Source: Candidatus Eiseniibacteriota bacterium (lineage in GTDB: Bacteria; Eisenbacteria; RBG-16-71-46). From it: a stretch of DNA of 44,768 nt. The stretch covers positions 1 through 44,768 of the forward strand of contig JBGAOA010000036.1 of assembly GCA_044222065.1 (NCBI GenBank), in the 5' to 3' direction. Both the position numbers and the translations under genes were made by a program. This document shows positions 38,533-44,768 of this stretch, piece by piece; position 1 is the first letter of the stretch, and every line of letters starts with the position of its first letter. The notes beneath the pieces were generated by a model. That model was not told where the DNA came from, did not search any database, and saw only the letters and a program-made list of their open reading frames with translations.

Positions 38533-39900
38533 TCAGCGCGAGGCGGCCTCGGGCTCGCCCGCCTCGCGACCGCCCGAGTCGCGGGGCGCGGCGCCGAGCG
38601 ACAGGTTCAGCTCGTCGTCCGCGAGCACGTTCCTGCGGTTCAGGATCTGCGAGATGTCGTGCTCGAAGACGAAGTGCGTCAGGTGGTCGAGCCCGACTTC
38701 GAGCTGCTTGCGCAGGCCCACCATCTTGACGAGGTACGCCCCGGCCCACGCGAGCCACGCGAGTTTGCCGGACAGCGGCACGCCGAACAGCTCGAGCACC
38801 GAGCTGTGCTTGCCGAGCGAGATGATGTAGCCGACGTCCTCGAACGCGAACGGCTTCGACGCCTCGCCGCGGGCGCACCGCACGAGTTCGCGGCCCACGT
38901 AGCCGCCCATCGCGATCGCGGTCTGCGACAGCGCCGGCTGCCACGAGCCGTCGGGGCGCTTCGAGGCGGCGCTGTCGCCGACGACGTACACGCCCTCGAC
39001 CGGCCGCCCGTCCGCGCCGAGCGCGCGCAGGCGTTCGTCCACGACGACGCGCCCGCCCGAGGCGTGCTCGAGCGGCAGGTTCGCCACGAGATCGGGCGCG
39101 CGCACGCCCGCGGTCCACAGGATCGTGAACGCGTCGATCGTGCGGCCGTCGTCCATTTCCACGCGCTTCGCCTCGACGCGCGTCACGCGCCGCCCGAGTT
39201 CGAGCCGCACGCCGCGGCGCTCGAGGAAGCGCTGCACGTAGGCGCTGTGCTCCGGACGCGCCGCGGGCACGATGCGGTCGCCGCCCTCGACGATCGTCAC
39301 CGAGAGCTGCGAGCGCTGCAGGCTCGGGTACTTCGGCAGCAGCGTGTCGCGCGCCATGTCGAGCAGCTCGGCCGCGACCTCGACGCCCGTCACGCCGCCG
39401 CCGACGATCGCGAACGACAGCAGCCGGCGCCGCTGCTCGTTCGTCTCGGCCTGCTCGGCCATCTCGAACAGCTCGACGACGCGCGCGCGCAGCGTCATCG
39501 CATCCACGATCGTCTTGAAGGGGCGCGCGTGGAGCTCGGCGCCCGGCACGCCGTACCACGCCGTCGTGCTGCCGACCGCGATCACGAGCACGTCGAACGG
39601 CTCGACGAGGTCGTTGTGCAGCCGCACCTCGCGGCGCACGAGATCCACCGCGATCGCCTTGTTCTTGTAGAAGCGCAGGTGGCGGTGCCGCGCCATGGTG
39701 CGCAGCGGATAGACGATGTGGCGGGTCTCGACGGCGCCGACCGCGACCGCCGGCAGGAGCGGGTTGAACTGGAAGAAGTTCTCCTTGTCGATCAGCACCG
39801 TGTCCCAGTACTCGCGCGCGACGCGCGAACGCCCGATCGCGCGCGCGACGTCGAGCCCCGCGAAGCCGCCGCCCAGGATCACGAGCTTCTTGCCCGCCAT
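38533..39900 (-). CDS. ndh: Type II NADH:quinone oxidoreductase family flavoprotein
   Basis: GGGFAG, FQFNPLLP, IVGGGVTGVEVAAEL, WTAGV, VGD, LAWLAW. Confidence 0.85.
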   Translation of the reverse strand: MAGKKLVILGGGFAGLDVARAIGRSRVAREYWDTVLIDKENFFQFNPLLPAVAVGAVETRHIVYPLRTMARHRHLRFYKNKAIAVDLVRREVRLHNDLVEPFDVLVIAVGSTTAWYGVPGAELHARPFKTIVDAMTLRARVVELFEMAEQAETNEQRRRLLSFAIVGGGVTGVEVAAELLDMARDTLLPKYPSLQRSQLSVTIVEGGDRIVPAARPEHSAYVQRFLERRGVRLELGRRVTRVEAKRVEMDDGRTIDAFTILWTAGVRAPDLVANLPLEHASGGRVVVDERLRALGADGRPVEGVYVVGDSAASKRPDGSWQPALSQTAIAMGGYVGRELVRCARGEASKPFAFEDVGYIISLGKHSSVLELFGVPLSGKLAWLAWAGAYLVKMVGLRKQLEVGLDHLTHFVFEHDISQILNRRNVLADDELNLSLGAAPRDSGGREAGEPEAASR

Positions 39901-39936
39901 GCGGCGCACCGTACGCGCTTTGCTACCCTGCACGCC

Positions 39937-40889
39937 ATGCCGCTCGTCTCCGTGCTGTTGCCGGTGTGGAACTCGCTGCCGCATCTCGACGCGGCGCTCG
40001 CCTCGCTCGAACGCCAGACGTTCCGCGACTTCGAGGTGGTCGCCGTGGACGACGGCTCGACCGACGGTTCGGCGGACCGGCTCGAACGCCTCGCCGCGCG
40101 CTGGCGCTGGCTGCGTCCGGTTCTCGCGCCGCACCGCGGGCTGCCGATCACGCTCGCGGCCGCGCACGCCGCCGCGAGCGGCGCGCTGCTCGCCCGCCAC
40201 GACGCGGACGACCTGTCGCATCGCGAGCGGCTCGCGACGCAGGTCGAGCACCTCGCCGCGCACGCGAGCGACGCGCTCGTGGGCTCGCGCTTCCGCCTCT
40301 TCCCGTCCGGCGCGGCGAGCCCGGCGTTGCGGCGCTGGGCGCGCTGGCACAACGGCCTCCTCGACCACGACGCGATCGCGCACGAGTCGCTCGTGGATTC
40401 CACGCTGCTGCACGGCACGGCGCTCTTCCGGCGCGAGTGGATCGAACGCGCCGGCGGCTGGCGCGAGGACGGCGGCCCCGAGGACGTGGACCTGAACCTG
40501 CGGCTGCTGCGCGCGGGCGCGCGCTTCGTGAAGCTCCCGCGCACGCTCTACCTGTGGCGGCAGCACGATCGCAACGCGACGCGCTGCGATCCGCGTTACG
40601 GCCGCGAGCCGTTCGCGCGCCTCAAGCTCGAGGCGCTGCTCGAATTCGTGCGCGACGGCGCGCCGACGTGCTCGTCGGCGTCGGACGCTCGCTCGCCGAC
40701 TGGAGCGCGCGGCTCGGCGGCCGCGGCATTCCGGTCGCGACGCACGCCGCTCGGCGTCCGGACTCGCTCGACCGCGTCGCGCCGCCGGTCGTGCTCGTGT
40801 TCGGCGTGCCCGAGGTGCGGGCGCGCTGGCGCGAGCGCCTCACCGCGCGTGGCTGGACCGAAGGCCGGGAATTCGTATTCCTATCCTGA
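39937..40889 (+). CDS. Glycosyltransferase family 2; apparent frameshift near 40665
   Basis: VSVLLPVWN, VDDGSTD, RHDADD, PEDVDL; the C-terminal domain (VLVGVGRS...GWTEGREFVFLS) continues in another frame to the stop at 40889. Confidence 0.85.
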
Positions 40890-41006
40890 GATTCGCCGTT
40901 GATGCGCGTCCGGGCGACTCGATATCGGATTCGCATTGACGCTCGGGACCCACTGTGGCTTAGTCCACGCACCCACGGGAGCCGGACCCCTCGTACGGAG
41001 AACGCA

Positions 41007-41351
41007 ATGGCCAAACAGCGGAAGAAGAGGACCAACTACACGCCGCAGCAGCGCCAGCAGATCCTCGCGGCCGCCCAGAAGGACGGGCTCACCGCGCTGC
41101 AGGTGCAGAAGAAGTTCGGCGTGACGCCGGTGACCTACTACTCGTGGCGCAAGAAGACCGGCGTGGCCGGCGCGCGCGGCCGTCGCGGCGGCGTGGGCAG
41201 CAGCGGCGGCGGCGGCGATCTCACGTCGCAGGTGCGCACGCAGGTGCAGGCCAAGGTGCGCGAACTGCTGCCGGGCATCGTGCGCACCGAAGTGAACAGC
41301 TATCTCAATCAGTTGTTCGCCTCGAGCCGCGGACGCCGCGCCCGCGCCTGA
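41007..41351 (+). CDS. Small basic protein with a transposase-type (IS3 OrfA-like) HTH, no integrase partner
   Basis: GGAG SD; RTNYTPQQRQQIL...VQKKFGVTPVTYYSWRKK; Gly/Arg linker; C-terminal amphipathic helix. Confidence 0.75.
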   Translation: MAKQRKKRTNYTPQQRQQILAAAQKDGLTALQVQKKFGVTPVTYYSWRKKTGVAGARGRRGGVGSSGGGGDLTSQVRTQVQAKVRELLPGIVRTEVNSYLNQLFASSRGRRARA

Positions 41352-41371
41352 GTTTCGATCCAACACACTGG

Positions 41372-41407
41372 AACGAGCGAATCGGCCCGAATCCGATTCG
41401 CTCGTTT
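41372..41407. terminator. 14-bp hairpin between convergent genes, likely terminator
   Basis: AACGAGCGAATCGG-CCCGAAT-CCGATTCGCTCGTT followed by T. Confidence 0.7.
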
Positions 41408-41462
41408 CCGTATCCGCCCGATCGGCGACGATCCGGCGCGGGGCGTTGGGGCGTGCGGCCGC

Positions 41463-42167
41463 CTAGCCCGCGACCGCGCGCGCGGCGGCGTCCGCGTCCA
41501 CGAGCCACTCGGCGCGCGCGACGAGCGCCGCCGGCGCGCGCGACGGATCGGCGCCCGGCGCGAGAGCGCTCGCGACGGCGTCCGCCTTGCCCGCGCCGCT
41601 CGCGAGCACGAGCGTGCGGCGCGCGGCCGCGAACGCCGGGGGCGTCAGCGTGATCCGCCCTGGCGGCGGCTTCGGCGCATCGAACACCGCGGCGACGCGC
41701 GCCGTGCCCGGGTGCGCGAGCAGCGGCGAGCCGGGAAAGAGCGACGCGACGTGCGCGTCCTCGCCGACGCCGAGCACGAGCACGTCCACGCGCGCCGGGA
41801 ACTGCGCGTCGTACTCGGCGGCGGCGGCGGCGAGGTCGTGCGCCTCGCCCGTCATGCGGTGCACGTTCGCCGCCGGCAGCCCGACCGGCTCCACGAGCCG
41901 CTCGAGCGCGAGGTGGAAGTTGCTTTCGGGAGCGCCCGGCGCCACCGCGCGCTCGTCGGCGAACCACAGCTGCACGCGCGGCCAGAAGAGTTGCGCGACG
42001 TGCGGCCCCGCGAGCGCGTCGAACAGCGCCGCGGCCGACCGGCCGCCCGGCACGACGAGATCGAAGCGCCCGCGCGCGGCGATCGCCTCGCGCGCCGACT
42101 CGGCGATGCGCCGCGCCGCTTCCCGCGCGAGCGCGACCGCGTCGGCGCAGCGGACGAGCGGACTCAC
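41463..42167 (-). CDS. pgl: 6-phosphogluconolactonase
   Basis: VPGGRS, WFADERAV, ESNF, VLGVGEDAHVASLFP, PKPPPGRITLT; GTG overlaps the zwf stop. Confidence 0.93.
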   Translation of the reverse strand: MSPLVRCADAVALAREAARRIAESAREAIAARGRFDLVVPGGRSAAALFDALAGPHVAQLFWPRVQLWFADERAVAPGAPESNFHLALERLVEPVGLPAANVHRMTGEAHDLAAAAAEYDAQFPARVDVLVLGVGEDAHVASLFPGSPLLAHPGTARVAAVFDAPKPPPGRITLTPPAFAAARRTLVLASGAGKADAVASALAPGADPSRAPAALVARAEWLVDADAAARAVAG

Positions 42168-43678
42168 AGCGGATGCCAGTGACGGTGGTCGCTGCGCACG
42201 AGTTCGGCCGCGCTCTCCGGCCCCCACGAACCCGGCTCGTAGTTCGGGAAGTCCGCCGGAGGATGACGCTCGAAGTGTTCGAGCAGCGGCGTGATCCACG
42301 CCCACGACGCCTCGACGGCGTCGCGGCGCGAGAACAGCGTCGCGTCGCCGCGCATCGCGTCGAGCAGCAGCCGTTCGTACGCCTCGGGCGGCTCGCCGCC
42401 GAACGTCTCGACGTAGTTCATGTCCATGTTCACGTTCGCGAGCGCGAGGTCGTGACCCGGCAGCTTCGAGGCGAACCGCAGCCGGATGCCCTCGTCGGGC
42501 TGGATGCGCAATGCCAACACGTTCGGGTCCACGCGTTCGCACACGTCCCCGCGCCCGAACAGCGAGAGCGGAATCGGCTTCATGTGGATCGTCACCTCGG
42601 TGACGCGGCGTGCGAGCTTCTTGCCCGCGCGCAGGTAGAACGGCACGCCCTGCCAGCGCCAGTTGTCCACGAACACGCGCAGCGCCGCGTACGTCGGCGT
42701 CGTGGATCCGGGCGCCACGTTCGGCTCCGAGCGGTAGCCGCGGTACTGGCCGAGCGCGCCGTCGCGCACGATCGTGTCCGACCACGCGTCGCGAAGCGCG
42801 TTCAGCACCTTCAGCTTCTCGCCGCGGATGTCGTCGGCCTGTCCGGTCGTCGGCGGCTCCATCGCGACCAGGCTCAGCACCTCGAGCAAGTGGTTCTGCA
42901 CGATGTCGCGCAGCACGCCGGTCTGCTCGTAGAACGCGCCGCGCGCCTCGACGCCGACGGTCTCGGCGGCGCAGATCTCGACGTAGTCCACGAAGTTCCG
43001 GTTCCAGATCGGCTCGAAGATCGAGTTCCCGAAGCGGAACACGAGGATGTTCTGCACCGTCTCCTTGCCGAGGTAGTGGTCGATGCGGAACGTCTGCGAC
43101 TCGTCGAGCACGCTCGCGACGAGCGCGTTCAGCGCGCGCGCCGACTCGAGGTCGCGCCCGAACGGCTTCTCGAGGATCACGCGCGAGAACGCCTCGTTGC
43201 CGGGCGGGTAGATGAGACGCGCGGTCTTGAGCCGGTGCAGGATCGTGGCGAAGTCGGACGGCGGCACGGCGAGGTAGAAGAGCCGGTTGCCCTGCACGCC
43301 GCGCTCGCGGTCGAGCGTGTCGAGCAGTCCGGCGAGCCGTGCGTACGCGGCCGGATCGTCGAACTCCCCGCTCACGAACTCGAGCCGCGGGGCGAACGTC
43401 TCCCACACCGCGGGGTCCACGGGACGGCGGCGCGAGAACGCGTCGATGCCGGCGCGCATCTCGTCTCGGAACTGCTCGGCCGACCACGGCCGCCGCGCGA
43501 AGCCGACCGCGGCGAAGCGCACGGGGAGCGATTTGCCGAACGCCAGGTTGTAGAGCGCGGGCACGAGCTTGCGGCGCGTGAGGTCGCCGGTCGCGCCGAA
43601 GATCACCATCGCGGTCGGAGGCGCCTCGCGCGAGGCCGGCGCCGCGCTCGGGCCCTCGACCTCGATGCGCGCGCTCAC
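42164..43678 (-). CDS. zwf: Glucose-6-phosphate 1-dehydrogenase
   Basis: GATGDLT, EKPFGRD, RIDHYLGKETVQN, RWQGVPFYLRAGK, AYERLL; GTG overlaps the gnd stop. Confidence 0.96.
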   Translation of the reverse strand: MSARIEVEGPSAAPASREAPPTAMVIFGATGDLTRRKLVPALYNLAFGKSLPVRFAAVGFARRPWSAEQFRDEMRAGIDAFSRRRPVDPAVWETFAPRLEFVSGEFDDPAAYARLAGLLDTLDRERGVQGNRLFYLAVPPSDFATILHRLKTARLIYPPGNEAFSRVILEKPFGRDLESARALNALVASVLDESQTFRIDHYLGKETVQNILVFRFGNSIFEPIWNRNFVDYVEICAAETVGVEARGAFYEQTGVLRDIVQNHLLEVLSLVAMEPPTTGQADDIRGEKLKVLNALRDAWSDTIVRDGALGQYRGYRSEPNVAPGSTTPTYAALRVFVDNWRWQGVPFYLRAGKKLARRVTEVTIHMKPIPLSLFGRGDVCERVDPNVLALRIQPDEGIRLRFASKLPGHDLALANVNMDMNYVETFGGEPPEAYERLLLDAMRGDATLFSRRDAVEASWAWITPLLEHFERHPPADFPNYEPGSWGPESAAELVRSDHRHWHPL

Positions 43679-44577
43679 GTCGTCCTCGACTTCGTCGCGT
43701 GGCCCCCGAATTGGTTGCGCAGCGCCGCGAGCACGCGGTCGCGGAACGAGTCGTCCTGGCGCGAGCGGAAGCGGCTCAGCAGCGAGAGCGTCAGCACTTC
43801 GGCCGGGACGTCGTGGTCGATCGCGGCCTGCACGGTCCAGCGGCCCTCGCCCGAGTCCTCGACGTAGCCGCGGATCTTCTCGAGACGCGGATCGTCGGCG
43901 AACGCGCGCTCCGCGAGTTCGAGCAGCCACGAGCGCACGACGCTGCCGCGATTCCAGAGGTGCGCGAGCTTCTCGAGGTCGTAGCCGAACTTCGACGCCT
44001 GCAGGATCTCGAAGCCCTCGGCGTACGACTGCATCATGCCGTACTCGATCCCGTTGTGGATCATCTTCGCGAAGTGACCGGCGCCGACCTCGCCGGCGTG
44101 CAGCCAGCCCTCGGGCGGCGCGAGCGTGTCGAGCGCGGGCGCGAGCCGCGCGAGCGATTCGGTCCCTCCGCCGAGCATCATGCAGTAGCCGTTCGCGAGC
44201 CCCCACACGCCGCCCGACGTCCCGCAGTCGACGAACGCGAGCCCCGCCGACTCGAGCCGCGCCGCGCGCCGCTGCGAGTCCTTGTAGTTCGAATTCCCGC
44301 CGTCCACGACGAGGTCGCCGCGCCCGAGCAGCGGCACGAGTCTTTCGATCGACTCGTCCACGGGCGCGCCGGACGGAATCATGAGCCACACCGCGCGCGG
44401 CGCGGCGAGCTTCGCGACCAGTTCGTCGAGCGACGCCGCGCCCGTCGCGCCCTGTTGGGCGGCTTCGGCGACCTTGTCCGCCGCGCGGTCCCACGCCACC
44501 ACCCGATGGCCGCCGCGCGCGAGGCGCGTGACCATGTTGAGTCCCATCCGGCCGAGTCCGACGAATCCGATCTCCAT
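43675..44577 (-). CDS. gnd: 6-phosphogluconate dehydrogenase, decarboxylating (short type)
   Basis: GLGRMG, DGGNS, DCGTSGG, KMIHNGIEYG, DSGEGRW, LRNQFGGH. Confidence 0.96.
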   Translation of the reverse strand: MEIGFVGLGRMGLNMVTRLARGGHRVVAWDRAADKVAEAAQQGATGAASLDELVAKLAAPRAVWLMIPSGAPVDESIERLVPLLGRGDLVVDGGNSNYKDSQRRAARLESAGLAFVDCGTSGGVWGLANGYCMMLGGGTESLARLAPALDTLAPPEGWLHAGEVGAGHFAKMIHNGIEYGMMQSYAEGFEILQASKFGYDLEKLAHLWNRGSVVRSWLLELAERAFADDPRLEKIRGYVEDSGEGRWTVQAAIDHDVPAEVLTLSLLSRFRSRQDDSFRDRVLAALRNQFGGHATKSRTT

Positions 44578-44669
44578 CCCTGAGTCCTCCCGTGAGTGAG
44601 CGTGGCGGCGCGATCAAATCCCACGCGCGCCGCCCGCGCAAGGACGCGATCGCGCCGGTCGGCGGCCGC

Positions 44670-44768
44670 TCAGGCGCGGCGTGGTCCTCCGATCGGCGCG
44701 CGCACGGCGGCCAGCGCCGCGGCGACGTCCTCGCGCTCGAAGGCGCCGGTGAGCCGCGCGAGCGCGGC
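44670..44768 (-). CDS. 3' end of a CDS truncated by the window edge, unknown product
   Basis: Open frame AALARLTGAFEREDVAAALAAVRAPIGGPRRA-TGA with host-like codon usage. Confidence 0.45.
   Translation of the reverse strand, partial: AALARLTGAFEREDVAAALAAVRAPIGGPRRA

Noticed and set aside
41007..41351. IS3-family insertion sequence
   Set aside because: No OrfB/DDE domain, frameshift signal or terminal inverted repeats flanking the gene.

Overview
Very GC-rich bacterial chromosome window, mostly core metabolism. It carries sucA-sucB-lpdA, an ABC-2 exporter, nfuA, two OsmC-family genes, two GT-C-type membrane proteins, tRNA-Leu(TAA) and a six-gene alternative complex III operon (actABCDEF). 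Further on are an M48 peptidase, a frameshifted moeB-rhodanese gene, glk, two thioredoxin-fold proteins, tal-pgi, fumC, a PLP dehydratase, type II NADH dehydrogenase, a frameshifted GT2 and gnd-zwf-pgl. The secreted-protein C-termini (an FlgD-like/T9SS-like tail and a 'TP..xxFGxVKxxWR' tail) suggest an FCB-related candidate lineage such as Ca. Eisenbacteria; this is inference only. The best candidate for an undescribed system is a two-gene unit at 20986-22384 behind a sigma54-like promoter and an IHF site. It pairs a ZU5-like lipoprotein ending in an HF|S autoproteolysis-type motif plus a 15-residue tail (SEYKVDHVFKSKAGW) with a stand-alone multi-TM sensor-like protein. Other oddities: a tRNA with the G19-C56 elbow pair replaced by A19-U56, an ActB retaining the four-Cys FS0 motif, a 127-bp ERIC-like MITE, an orphan transposase-type HTH gene, a compositionally atypical FGE/lipase cassette, apparent leaderless promoters and apparent GTCGAC avoidance. 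All calls are by eye, without database searches.
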